From positions 143,282,001 through 143,346,000 of the forward strand of contig OX597818.1 of NCBI GenBank assembly GCA_951406725.2: a DNA stretch of 64,000 bases, given 5' to 3'. The stretch comes from Octopus vulgaris. Its lineage: Eukaryota. Below the pieces are notes generated by a model. That model worked only from the letters and a program-made list of their open reading frames with translations, ran no database searches and was not told where the DNA came from. Below are positions 1 through 12,374 of the stretch, piece by piece (positions within the stretch are counted from its first letter, which is position 1; each line of letters opens with the position of its first letter). The position numbers and the translations under genes are program-made.

Positions 1-495
1 ATATGCTTATGCATGCAAACTTTTCTCGAAGTGTACACGTATATATGCATGAAGCAGCGTATACATAAGATCAGTTTTTTGTTGTTACAATTACACATTA
101 ATATTTTTGCAACCCTTCTTTTCGTACCATTTTTTTTCAGCATGATCGCTTGTTAAGTCTCCTTTTGTTAAATTCCATCTTGTAACTAAAATGCAGCTAA
201 CTCAGAAATACTGAATATATTTGTGACGATTATACCATTGGACAGAATAAAGTTAAATTCAAATTCTTGTCTCATCCATTTCATGGAAGCTTCAATTTAA
301 CAGTGAGAATCGATAGATATTTTCATTACATGATGGCGTGTTATCACGGTTCGAAATGCTATATACAGGACGCTCACCTTTAATCCTGCAACCTGTCATT
401 CAGTTTCATTAGTTAAAATTGTTAGAAGTAGAAAGCCTCTACTTTAAAAGTGGTCATTCAAATTATTTCTCTAAATCTAAATGTTTAACGTCTTA

Positions 496-580
<85 letters not shown>
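496..580. repeat. (AAT)n microsatellite
   Basis: Pure AAT tandem run. Confidence 0.97.
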
Positions 581-583
<3 letters not shown>

Positions 584-701
584 CATTGAACTTGTGACCT
601 CTGGTATACAAAAACACATGTCGACCAGGCTAGAACATCTTTGTTCGTAATCCTTCATGACTAGAAACGACCTGGAGCTAAATATAATGATAACGACAGA
701 C

Positions 702-787
<86 letters not shown>

Positions 788-788
788 G

Positions 789-871
<83 letters not shown>

Positions 872-876
872 GTCTG

Positions 877-927
<51 letters not shown>

Positions 928-971
928 GTCTGTCTGTCTGTCTGCCTGCCTGCCTGTCTGTCTGTCTGTCT
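702..971. repeat. (TCTA)n/(TCTG)n microsatellite
   Basis: Tetranucleotide array that produces the spurious LSIY ORF 657-1007. Similar arrays occur near 11824, 25617 and 44749. Confidence 0.97.
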
Positions 972-2546
972 GTTACTAGTGTGCCGGTGAAAATGCACGA
1001 CGTATAGTCAATGAGTTAAGGCACCCATACATTCTGTTTCATCTTTAAACAGATGCCTGGCATGAAACTTCGTTACTGCATCGATAATACAATGTTGCAA
1101 GCGTATTGGCCATCATGGTTAAAGAGTATGGATAAATAGTACATGGCAAGAAAAAAATTGGTGAATGATTTTGTTATAATTTCTCTACACTTGTTTCGGT
1201 AACTGTCCGGGCATTTGTTGGACATTGTCTGCTGGAAAAAAGATAGTCATAGTAGGAACCGAAGTGTCTACTCGGACTGATTGTAGCTGAGAGAACCCCG
1301 CTAAAGACACCAAAGGAGATCCTTTCTAGAGATGAAACGTATCCAGTACAGTTTGTAAATATTTACTGAGGGGAAAAGGCATCGAGCTAAGGAAAATATT
1401 TCAAAGCAGAACATACGAACGAAATATGAACCCCGAAATGGTCTCTCTTTACTAACAGAAATCGGGTACATGCTGTTAGAAACGATATGTATGCATCTGT
1501 TGCTGGGGTAACGTGTGAACACAACATTGACCTCTCTCTCTCGTCTTCTCTCTTTCTCTCCCTCTCTCTGTTTCTCTGTCTCTCTCTCCCTCTCATTATC
1601 ATCATGTAGATGTCTCTCTCCCTCTGCGGCTTTTAGTTGAGTAAACTTATTTAGCTGAGTTAAGTCGATCATGTTGACATCGGCGACTTTTGTGCAACGC
1701 ATATTTGTTTTCTGTTTTTATAAAGGAGGTCGTAGCGAGGCGTCAGTTCGTTTTCAGTTAAGTAAAATTATTATTTCTTTCTATTTTGGTTTCTGTTTCT
1801 ATATTATCACTATTGACCTGTTTCCTATTGTTATCATAATGCCCATGTATAAAAGTCTCTAGCAGTCCCTCTTGACTATTAGAAATTTTTATAAATAGGC
1901 TTTATAAATTGAACAACGGGCGAAAACCTATTCTCGACAAGTATGACAAATCATTGCTCGAACTCACCTACCAAAATTGAGACCGTTTTGTTCAGCTTAC
2001 CAGCTGGTTATTCCCTATACTCAGAGCCATGAAAACCCCTTCTGCTACACCCCTCAAATCTAGAATCATACTAACATTTTCATGCTAGCCATCTGTCTTA
2101 GTTTGCAGGGTAAACTGCAACATCTATTCGTCTTGAAAAGTAGATACATTTCTAGAGAAGCATTGACCACAGGTCTGCTACATCAGGGCTAACCTGGGAT
2201 TCAACAGCGACGACTACGACAACAGCAACAATGACACCGTCGATAATCTTGATGCGTAATTCGAGCTTGTTCAGTTAAACCCGACTTCAAAGAGTGTTTC
2301 ATCGTGTAGCTTCGTTCAACTCTTTAAGCAGTGGGAAGTTTGCATAATTCATGAGTGTGTTCAATGATCTAAAGTGTTGAAAAAATCAATAAGATTAATC
2401 AGTAGATGAAGGGATCTGAAAACTATATCCATCACACTTGCAAAGATAAATATTTAGTTATTGAACTTGAAGCTAAAACGAGCTGAGGAGATCTAAAAAT
2501 ATGAAGAATTAGTTATATACGATGTAGTTGCCGCTGATTGTTGTTG

Positions 2547-2582
<36 letters not shown>

Positions 2583-3739
2583 AATAACAAATACGTACAT
2601 TTTTTTTATATTTACACCTCAACCAAAACATGCATGGGAATCAAACATTCGCAGCCATTTTTAAGTATGTCTTTCTGCAAATCTTTGCTAAGATAAATCT
2701 ACATAGCAACATATCAGCAATCATTTATCTCTTTTATTTTTCATCCTTCTGCTTGGATGTAATGAACCATTTTTTTTATTTCCTTATGTATTTATTTATT
2801 CATTTATCTATTTTATTTTTGCTTATAATTAAACTCAAAAGACTAATCTATTATGCTCTGTCATAACCAACAACTAAAATACACAGGCACACTGGCTCCC
2901 ACACATTTTCCTCTCAGATCAAAACCAGCCTCGTTCGAAGTACTTATAGAGGTTGTGGAACGAATTTTCAAGCATACGCCTACTCACGGTAGCAAAACCA
3001 AGTTTAATTCAAGTCAATGCTCAAGGTTCTTGTTGTTTACAACGGCGAATGAATTCAGCAAAGAGTCAGCGGCCATTCATTAAACCTACAAATAGAGCGA
3101 GGTCTCATTAAAGCTATTGAGTCCAGTATTGTTGACTTCTGGTAACCCCTGTACACTGCTGTCTCTCTTAGACAGAGGGCTTTGTCTTTCATTTGATCCT
3201 CGGAGACCCAGGTGAAAGAAGCAAGGACTATTTAAGGTTGCTTAAATTAGTCCTAACTGGTCGCATTTTCTGACAGATGCATGCCATCCAGTTGTTTAAT
3301 TCCATGATCAACCCAGATCGAAGTGATATCTGATCAACAGTGCCGATCAGCAAACAATTCTGTTCGCCGAACGGTTCTATTTGCTGAAAGCATGAACAAA
3401 GCCAACGGCTTTTGTTAGTCTGAAAGTTCCGGCTACTTCAGGCTGACGAGGCACATCACATTGAAACGCTGGTGTTCCAGAATGTCGTGCGTCAATGAGA
3501 CGAGTGTGCTGAGCATACTGTTGTCTATAAAGGATAAGGTATTCTCCTAAGACATACACTGCAGTGCACAGCATAATATGCGCGCTCCCATGCAGACATA
3601 CACAGGCATGCTCCCATGCAAACACACACACACTCACATAATCTCTATATTTAGACACATGATTGACCGCACTCACATATACATGCGCATACCCATACAC
3701 ACATTTACGCATACACACATTTACGCATACACACATTTA

Positions 3740-4030
3740 CGCATACACACACACACATCTATTTCAGGTCACTGTTGTCTACTTTGTTACATACACTTTC
3801 AGCTATTTCTTCTCTTCCAGTCAGTCCAGTAACCGTTAATTCCGACAGGTTTTTTTCTCCGCCATTTTTGTTCTCTCTCCATCTCCTCTCTCACCCCGTT
3901 CCTTTCTGTAGAAGAGCGTTGGCTCGAAACATTAAAGCCTTCTTCCATTTTTTCCAGAGCGTTAAACTAATACACTCTGTTTGTTGTTCTTTCACCTGTC
4001 TTTGTATGTTTTGTATATTTTTGGATCATA
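3740..4030 (+). mobile_element. Penelope-like element 3' end / pseudo-LTR remnant
   Basis: Aligns by eye with the reverse complement of 34395-34700, the 3' end of the GIY-YIG PLE. Contains an HHR motif and ends at a (TACA)n tract. Confidence 0.7.
3902..3937 (+). ncRNA. Minimal type-I hammerhead-like motif with variant core CUGUAGA
   Basis: cttt-CTGTAGA-a-gagc-gttg-gctc-GAAA-ca-tt-aaag. Stem I is cttt/aaag, stem II is gagc/gctc, stem III is degenerate. Confidence 0.6.
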
Positions 4031-4419
4031 CATACATACAAACATACATAAATGCATACACACGTACGTCCACACGCACACACATGTATATGTACGTAGT
4101 GTCGGAATGAACGAACAATGCAATTTCATTCCCATATGTGTACTTATTTGTTGGGGTGGTGCACTCACTCATATCTAAACAAGCACTAACCGTTCTTTTA
4201 TGCAAATATTTCGATACTGATATTAGAGCAAAAAATTAATTAATCAAATTGTAATCAGTTAAATCAATCACATTGCAAACTAAATTGATTATGTCTATCA
4301 ACCTCAACAAAGACCAAAACGTTGACTCTTTACTATACATACATGCATGTATACACACACACATGTATATATATGTGTGTGTATACATACATACATACAT
4401 ACATACATACATACATACA

Positions 4420-4455
<36 letters not shown>

Positions 4456-5289
4456 TATATTCATAAATATATATATTTATACACACATACATAACATATA
4501 TAAACATATATAGACATACGCGTACACACACATACATACACACGTATACTCATGCATACACACGCGCGCCAGCATATACTTATAGTTAATAGCATACAAT
4601 GAGAGTTTTCCTCTATCAGCCTATCAGGAAGTGGGTCTTGCACATCCAAACATCTGTTATTATTCTCATTCTGTTTCAGATTTTCTAAGAAATAGATGAA
4701 ACGTTACGACAACTTAAGAACCTCGTTTATAAATCTTAACAAATGTCAGATCGTGATGCTCTACGTTTAATCGTTGCTCTTACAAGTTATTGACAAATCA
4801 CTTTGAGCGTAGGTTGTATGGGGCCTTATCTGCTTTATTGTTCCAACTTCTGATCTTCCTGGTGCGCCCTTTTCCTCCTTTATCTTTTAATTTGTTTCAG
4901 TTATTGGACTGCGGCCATGATGGGGCATCATTTTGAAGGACTAAGTCGAATAAACCGACCACAGGACTTCTTTTTTTTTTTAATCTTGCTACTTATTCTA
5001 GTGAACACTTTTGTAGAACTACTAATTTACGAGGACGTCAACAAACCAATCCCGTTTGTGAAACAGTGCTGGAAGACAAACACAACACGAACGCAAACAC
5101 ACACATGCATATGTATGTATGTATGTATGTACGTATGTATGTATTATGTATGTATGTATGGATGCATGGATGGATGGACGGATGGATGTATGCATGTATG
5201 TATGCATGCATGTATGTATGTGTGAGCGCACGTGCGTGCTGCGTATGCAGTATGCATGCATGTATATATATATATATATATGTATATAC

Positions 5290-6455
5290 TTTGGTACTTT
5301 GATGGGTTTCGTCCAGTATTGGCCCAGGCCACGTATAACTTAATAGCACCACCTGGCAAAGTCATTCAAATCAGGAATCGGACAACATGGCCCATTCGAG
5401 GAGGGAGTTATTGTTTATGGAGACATATCCGGGTGTAGGAGGTTTATACGGGATTTTTTTTGAAGGAATTTGTCCATAGACATCTTGAACTTAATGAGTT
5501 CTGTTTGTGCTTTAACGTGTTTAGGTGTAATGCTAAAGAGAGCGGAGCCAATTGACGTGAAATAATTGTGCTGTATTGATGTTATGTGATGCGAGTATGA
5601 TTTATGTTGTGGGCAGACAGCACGGGGTTCAAGTCCTGGGTGTATCTTAAAAGCGATGCCAACATCATTTGGGCAATGCTGATGGGATATTTTCCGCATC
5701 ATGCAGATGATGTAGCGCTCACGGTGGCGTTGGAGAGAATAAAGTTTGAACTTTTCTAGTCGACCCCAACAGACCTGTCATGCTATTTATCTTTTTTGTA
5801 ATTGACCTTTGAGGTGCTTCAATTTTCATGATACTTTGTTTCGTGTGGGGAGTGGACAACAGTAATCAAGGTGGGGTGTGGCAAAAGTAGAGAAGAGAAG
5901 GATAATAGTGTGGATATCTCTCGACTTGAAAGTTCTGAGAATCCAGGAACACATTCTGCGGGCCATGTCATCTTTGCTGTTTATATGAGCGGCCCAGCTT
6001 ATATTCACCACAATTACTTCCAAGTCTCAGATGTTGTTGGATGCCATGAGAATTTCACCTGAAGGAAGGGAGTATGGGAGTTTCAGGATATCCTCTTTTC
6101 CGAAGTGGATCAACTTAAATTGTCCTCGTTCTACTGCATATTGTTCTTTTCCGCCCATTGGATGACAGCCAGTAGATCTGACTGAAGGCATGCCTGGTCA
6201 CCCACTTCATTGATGACTTTCTGTATCTTGAAATCATCTGCAAAGATTGTTATGTTACCGTGCTTGTTGATATCAGTAATGTCATTGATGTAGAATCTAT
6301 ATTGTAGATGATGAAAAGAAGTGGGCCCAACACAATGCCTTGTGGAGTACCATTACTGACTTTGGCTAGGATTAATTTTACTCCTCCGACTACAACATGT
6401 TGGGTTCTGCCTGTCAGGAAACACGATCCATTGTAGTAACTTTCCAGAGGCACCA
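5290..6455 (-). mobile_element. CR1-clade LINE, decayed RT and 3' end
   Basis: Minus-strand peptides FLTGRTQHVVVGG..GTPQGIVLGPLLFIIY, IFADD, WILRTFKSRD..PHLDYCCPL and LYSLQRHRERY, with frameshifts and stops. Confidence 0.88.
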
Positions 6456-6490
6456 ATACGCACACACACACACAGACAGACAGACAGACA

Positions 6491-6534
<44 letters not shown>

Positions 6535-6566
6535 CACACACATATATATAAACATACATACAAACG

Positions 6567-6602
<36 letters not shown>

Positions 6603-6877
6603 TAATATTCAAAACATTTTGATTCAGATTCCATGCTACTTCAAGTGTCGAAGGCCCTAACGGAGTTTTTCTTGTCAGGACGGTAATAATTCAAATGGCA
6701 AGAGAGGTGCAGGAAGTCCAAGTCTATCGGTCGATAGATGGGCTGCAACTGGTCAAGGAAGGTCATGTGATGTCACGGTTGATAGTATTTTGCCACATGG
6801 TTCTACAGGAATTGGTGGCGATAGTAAGTCTGAATAAGAGATTCAGTAGGGCATAAGAGCTTCTTTTTATGAAAGTG

Positions 6878-6932
<55 letters not shown>

Positions 6933-7031
6933 GCATGTATGTATGTATGTATGTATGTATGTATGTATGTATGTATGTATGTATGTATGTACGTACGTGT
7001 GTGTGTGCACACATACATAAATACATACATA

Positions 7032-7240
7032 TCCGGCTACACAAAGCCGGATTTCACGGGAGAGCTGCAATCAGAAAACCACCACTTTCAAAAACAAACG
7101 TTGCAAAGCGTTTAGAAGGGAGTAAAAACTTACAGAATTGGTCCCTAGAGCAGTGGAAGAATATTATTTACTCGGACGAGTCATCCTTTAACTCATTACC
7201 GACCACTGGCCGAGTATACGTGTGGAGACAGGCAAAATAA
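7032..7240 (+). mobile_element. Tc1-like transposase fragment
   Basis: LHKAGFHGRAAIRKPPLS..KRL..WSLEQWKNIIYSDESSF..GRVYVWR is the typical Tc1 linker plus the first catalytic Asp. Confidence 0.9.
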
Positions 7241-7375
7241 GCTAAGTTATGATTTTATTTTTCATTAATATTATTATATTTTTTGATTATTTAGTGTTAA
7301 GATATGTATGTTTCTATATTTATTTGTTAATTTATTATATGTTTAGATACATACATTTATTTTACTATTATTTCA

Positions 7376-7497
7376 GACCTGAAGAGTGGCTATATTTTTA
7401 AATTGAATACATTTTAAATCAAATTAATTTTAACAGTATCGATTTTATTATTTTATTATTATCGATTTAAAGATATAGTCACGAAACGCGCGTAGTC
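7376..7497 (+). ncRNA. Type-I hammerhead ribozyme motif with a very long stem II
   Basis: gac-CTGAAGA(7379-7385)-97-nt hairpin(7386-7482)-GAAA-cgcgc-GTA-gtc. The core is intact, stem III is palindromic (ACGCGCGT) and stem I is 3 bp. Confidence 0.72.
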
Positions 7498-7608
7498 AAT
7501 TTAATGTTTATTTAATTTAGTGATTTTTTGAATAATATTTATTATAGTATATTTAAATTTTTTCTATATGGTGTGAATAATGTCGTTTACTATTGAATTC
7601 ACTAAGTG

Positions 7609-7952
7609 AAGGCGCATGGCTCAGTGGTTAGAGCGTCGAGCTTACGATCGTGAAGTTGTGAGCTCGAATCCCGGACCGGGCTGCGTGTTGTGTTCTCGAG
7701 CAAGGCACTTTATTTCACGTTGCTCCAGTTCACTCAGCTGTAGAAATGAGTTGCGACGTCACTGGCGCCAAGCTGTATCGACCTTTGTCTTTCCCTTGGA
7801 TAACACTGGTGGCGTGGAGAGGGGAGGCTGGTATGCATGGGCGACTGCTGGTCTTCCATAAACAACCTTGCCCAGACTTGTGTCTAGGAGGGTAACTTTC
7901 TGGGTGCAATCCCATGGTCATTCATGACCGAAGGGGGTCTTTACCCCTTTAC
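7609..7952 (+). mobile_element. tRNA-derived SINE (head Y, tail C)
   Basis: A box TGGCTCAGTGG and B box GCTCGAATCC. The word TTTACTATTGAATT is duplicated at 7586-7599 and 7948-7961. Confidence 0.9.
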
Positions 7953-7992
7953 TATTGAATTGTTTAATAGAGGTTATCTCTCTTAATTTTAT

Positions 7993-8062
<70 letters not shown>

Positions 8063-8064
<2 letters not shown>

Positions 8065-8222
8065 GACGTGCTTCCAGCTTCTGCCTATCAAATTCACTTA
8101 CAAGGCTTTGGTCGGGCGGGGCTATAGTAGAAGACAGTTGTCCAATGTGGTGTACAGCGGGACAGAACTCGAAACCATGCGGTTGGGAGGCAATCTTCTT
8201 ACCACACATCAATGCCTGCACC
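8063..8222 (-). mobile_element. SINE family 1, head fragment
   Basis: Diverged match to the head of the copy at 11947-12374. Confidence 0.8.
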
Positions 8223-8773
8223 CGTTTCTTCATACTTTTATTTTTCTTGTTTCTTTCTTCTTTTCTACTTTTTTTACTTATATTTTTCTTTGGGAGATAA
8301 TTATTTTTGTTATTGTTATTGTTGTTTTCATCCGATATCAAAGTAGCCGTGTTGGAAAATCACATCACTGTATTAATTAATCCCCATAGACACTACTAAT
8401 TTTACTTATATGATTATTTTGGAATCATGATGATATACATCTCGGAGATGTACTTGCTCAGCAAGAGTTTTGATCTGAGTCGTGTATTGAAACTAAAACA
8501 ATTACAGAGTGGTGGGCACATAGCCATTTAGAAACACACAAAGAAGTTTTTGCGTGTCCTTCTTCTTCATGCCTACAGACGTCGGAAATCATGGAGTTTC
8601 ACTTCATGTACCACATACAACTTACCTTCATATTGACCCTGTCTTTATCTTATCAATTGGTCAGAGGATATGCATCTTCTCTCGCTGTCTTTCCCGACTA
8701 CTTCTTTCTTTCAGTTTTCCGGTTGTCACTAAGCGTTCAAGGTTTCGTCTTCTCTCCTTTTGTGTCTTAGGGC

Positions 8774-9200
8774 CAGGGTCGGATTAAAACCCATCGAGGT
8801 CCTATGCGCTTAAAAGATTTTGGTGCCCCCATAAAAGATTATGTAATTCAAAATATAAACAACAACAATCCATAAAATAGATTTTTATTTTTTAAAACGA
8901 AACAAAACAACAAGTGGGAAAATAATGTTTATTTTTATGTACTTCAACTTTATTTATATTTGAAAAGTTTCCTCCTAACTTTTTAAATTGCAAAGTCTTT
9001 GATCAGATACTCAAAACTAATCTTCGGTAATACATCTGCATCTATATTTAGTAGAGATAAAGGCATCCCGAATATTATTTTATTAAGTTTAAAGTGATTT
9101 CTTTTGTGCCGTAAACCATTTACCATTTCTATGGGGCCTCTCTCCTTCCCTTGATGCCCTAAGCACGTGCTTATTTTGCTTAATGGTTAACCTAGCGCTG
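8774..9200 (-). mobile_element. Non-autonomous hAT DNA transposon
   Basis: Imperfect TIRs CAGGGTCGGATTAA / TTAACCTAGCGCTG and a perfect 8-bp TSD CTTAGGGC (8766-8773, 9201-9208). The minus-strand remnant LSLLNIDADVLPKISFEYLIKDFAI*KVRRKLF resembles the hAT C-terminal dimerisation region. Confidence 0.88.
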
Positions 9201-9380
9201 CTTAGGGCAACAGGGTATTTCGTTTCAGTGCAGCTATATGCCAAAATACTAGTTTTGCAAAATACTAGTATGCCAAAATATTATATTATATGATTTTTAA
9301 TATTACCAAAATGCGAGATTTGTGTTCTTTCAGTCTTACCAAGATCATTTTCTTTGGTTTTAATATTTTCAAAATACAAG

Positions 9381-9822
9381 TCGGCGAGCTGGCAGAATCG
9401 TTAGCACATCGGACAAATTGCTTAACGGCATTTCGTCTTTACGTTCTGAGTTCTAATGCCGCCGAAGTCGACTTTGCCTTTCATCCTTTCGGGGTCGGTA
9501 AATTAAGTACTAGATGCGTACTGGGGTCGATCTAATCGATTAGGCCCCTCTCCAAAAATTTCGAGCCTTATGCCTTGAGTAGAAAAGAATATTATCAAAA
9601 CAAGAAGGCAACGAGCTGGCAGAATCGTTACCACACCGGGAAAAATGCTTAGCAGCATTTCTTCCGACTTTACATTTTGAGTTCAAATGCTGCTGAGGTC
9701 GACTTTGCTTTTCATTCTTTCGGGATCGATAAAGTAAGTACCAGTTGAACACTGGCGTAGATATAATTGACTTACCCCACACTCAAAATTGCTGGCCTTG
9801 TGTCAAAATTTGAAACGAATAT
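9381..9822 (+). mobile_element. Two adjacent copies of SINE family 2 (Nin/Deu-domain-like core)
   Basis: Head GGCGAGCTGGCAGAATCGTTAGC, B box GAGTTCAAAT and core GTCGACTTTGCCTTTCATCCTTTCGGGGTCGATAAATTAAGTAC. The Nin/Deu label is from memory of the domain. Confidence 0.85.
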
Positions 9823-9901
9823 TGCCAAAATATATTTAATATATTTGTGTAGTTTCAATAAACCAAAATATTAATTTTGTATAGTTTCAATAAAAAAAAA
9901 T

Positions 9902-10224
9902 AAAGACCTCCCTCCACTTCGATTATGGATGACCATGAGATTGCACCTAGAAAGCTCCCCTTCAAAGCACAAATCCGGGTAAGGTTTGTGGAAGACCAGC
10001 AGTCACCCATGCAAACCAGCCGCCAGTGTTTTCCAAGGCCAAGGTAAAGGCCGATACAGTTTGGCACCTGTGACGTCGCAACTCAATTTTACAGCTGAGT
10101 GATCTGGAACAAAGTGAAATAAAGTGTCTTGCTCAAGAACACAACACACAGCCCGGTCCGGGAATCGAACTCACTACCTTACAACTGTGAGCCTGACGCT
10201 CTAACCACGGAGCCATGCGTCTTC
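9902..10224 (-). mobile_element. tRNA-derived SINE (head Y, tail C)
   Basis: Reverse-complement homologue of 7609-7952. Confidence 0.88.
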
Positions 10225-10636
10225 GCATTGTCCAAAATACTAGTTATGTATGATTTTCAAAATGCTAATTTTGTGCTTTCTATAAAGGCAAAATACTAAC
10301 TTTGTAACGTTTCAATATACCAAAATACTAATTTCTATGTGGTTTCAATATTTCCAAAATATTAGTTTTGTGTGATTTCAATATTGTAAAGTTACGGGTT
10401 TCTGCTTTAAAGCTACAATTGGCTTCAGTATTCCAAAATACTGTTTGAATTGTCGCATTCCAAAGAAGTGATTCCGTTACCTTAGTACAACCACATGGAC
10501 GAAGAAGTATGGCCAGGAGTATGGACGCAGGAGTATGGCCAGTTTGGTACTCGTCATTACTTTGCTACAGGATATTGCTTAACGAGTTTCCTTTTGCCTT
10601 ACTTTTTCTCATTTTTATTTATGTAGTTTACGTAGG

Positions 10637-10944
10637 GTGGAGGTGCAATGGCCCAGTGGTTAGGGCAGCGGACTCGCGGTCGGAGGATCGCGGTTTCGGT
10701 TCCCAGACCGGGCGTTGTGTGTGTTTATTGAGCGAAAACACCTAAAAGCTCCACGAGGCTCCGGTAAGGGGTGGTGGCGACCCCTGTTGTACTCTTTCGC
10801 CACAACTTTCTCTTACTCTCACTTCCTGTTTCTTGAGTAACGCTGCGATGGACTGGCATCCCGTCCAGCTGGGGGGAACACATACCCCACAGAAACCGGG
10901 CCCATGAGCCCGGCTGGGCTTGAAAAGGGCGAAAGAGAAAGAGA
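10637..10944 (+). mobile_element. tRNA-derived SINE (head X, tail A)
   Basis: A box TGGCCCAGTGG, B-box-like GGTTTCGGTTCC and a 12-bp TSD AGTTTACGTAGG (10625-10636, 10945-10956). Confidence 0.92.
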
Positions 10945-11224
10945 AGTTTACGTAGGATCTTGTGTTAAAAGGAAAAAAAAAACCCCTTTCCTCCCACCAC
11001 CTAAAAATAAACAATAACAACACACCACGGCCACCACCACAAGCAGAAATAAAGACAACAAAGAACAGACACACACACAAAGAACCCCCCCCCCCCCGAA
11101 AAACCATGGAACATTCCGAATGGAATTTCAACGTTTAATCGTCTTTTGCTTATAGTGAGTCGGAGAACGGTTTCCCTATCATAAGTAGGCTGGAGCCAAG
11201 ATTAGTTTCCTCATAATAATGTGA

Positions 11225-11330
11225 CTATTGTTGTTGTTGCTATGGCTGTTGTTGTTGTTGTTGCCATGGCTCTTATTGTTGTTGTTGCCAGGTCTGTTGT
11301 TGTTAATTTTATTATTATTATTTATTATTG

Positions 11331-11392
<62 letters not shown>

Positions 11393-11449
11393 GCTGTTGT
11401 TGTTGTTGTTATTGTTGTTGTTGTTGCTGCTGCTGTTGTTCTTGTTGTT
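11225..11449. repeat. Compound (TTG)n/(TTA)n microsatellite
   Basis: Trinucleotide runs. Confidence 0.9.
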
Positions 11450-11540
11450 ACCTAGAGGTTTCCGAAACAGTTATCCATCTCAGTATTAGCCTGGCTTAAC
11501 GCTGCTTAACTTCGCTGAATTAACGGCAAATGTTATTTTC
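11450..11540 (-). pseudogene. 5S rRNA-derived fragment (pseudogene or SINE3-type head)
   Basis: The minus strand reads CGAAGTTAAGCAGCGT-taagcc-AGGCTAATACTGAGATGGATAAC, matching the order and spacing of the 5S internal control region (box A, intermediate element, box C). The ends are degenerate. Confidence 0.7.
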
Positions 11541-11822
11541 TATTCCAGCTAGTATCCTTCCTCTCCTTCCGAAATCTTTCCAACAAAAGAATAAAACAAA
11601 TATATTATATACATACAAAAAAAAAAAAGAATATAAATAGTAATTCTTCTTTACAGATAAAGTGAAGTGTCGTATGAAATAATTCCTCCTCTTCAGTGAG
11701 AAGGTTCAACGAAGGCATCAACCCATCAGCTCATAGCGACATGGAAGCTATATAGGTTCGACTTGGCTTTAGGTGATACGCATGTCAAAAGAGAATACTC
11801 AACTACGTACGATAGCTGTCAT

Positions 11823-11923
<101 letters not shown>

Positions 11924-11946
11924 ATATATATATCTATCTATGCATA

Positions 11947-12176
11947 TACTCTTACACTCTTTTACTCTTTTACTTGTTTCTGTCATTTGACTGCGGCCAT
12001 GCTGGAGCACCGACTTTAGTTGAGCAACTCGACCCTGGGACTTATTCTTTGGAAGCCTAGTACTTATCCTATCGAACTCTTTTGCCGAACCGCTAAGTTA
12101 CGGGGACGTAAACACAACAGCATAGGTTGTCAAGCGATGTTAGTGGGGGGGGGGGGGGGCAAACATAGACACACAA

Positions 12177-12211
<35 letters not shown>

Positions 12212-12374
12212 CGACAGGCTTCTTTCAGTTTCCGTCTACCAAATCCACTCACAAGGCTTTGGTCGGCCCGAGGCTACAGTAGAAGACACTTGCCAAAGGT
12301 GCCACACAGTGGGACTGAACCCGGAACCGTGTGGTTGGTAAGCAAGCTACTTACCACACAGCCACTCCTGCGCC
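11947..12374 (-). mobile_element. Full-length SINE family 1 with internal (TA)/(TG) microsatellite
   Basis: On the minus strand: tRNA-like head GGCGCAGGAGTGGCTGTGTGGTAAG..GGGTTCAGTCCC, core GCACCTTTGGCAAGTGTCTT, an internal microsatellite and an (AGTAAAAG)n tail. Confidence 0.92.

Larger units (their letters stand above)
9240..10440. repeat. Degenerate ~33-bp AT-rich minisatellite interrupted by three SINEs
   Basis: Recurring CCAAAATACTARTTT..TTTCAATAT units at 9240-9380, 9820-9890 and 10230-10440. Confidence 0.65.

Noticed and set aside
3439-3475. CTGACGA...GAAAC hammerhead-like words
   Set aside because: Neither stem II nor stem I pairs.
2870-3560. Possible decayed hAT-like transposase on the minus strand
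   Set aside because: Only a vague SISTS/ERG resemblance across a frameshift; not enough to call.
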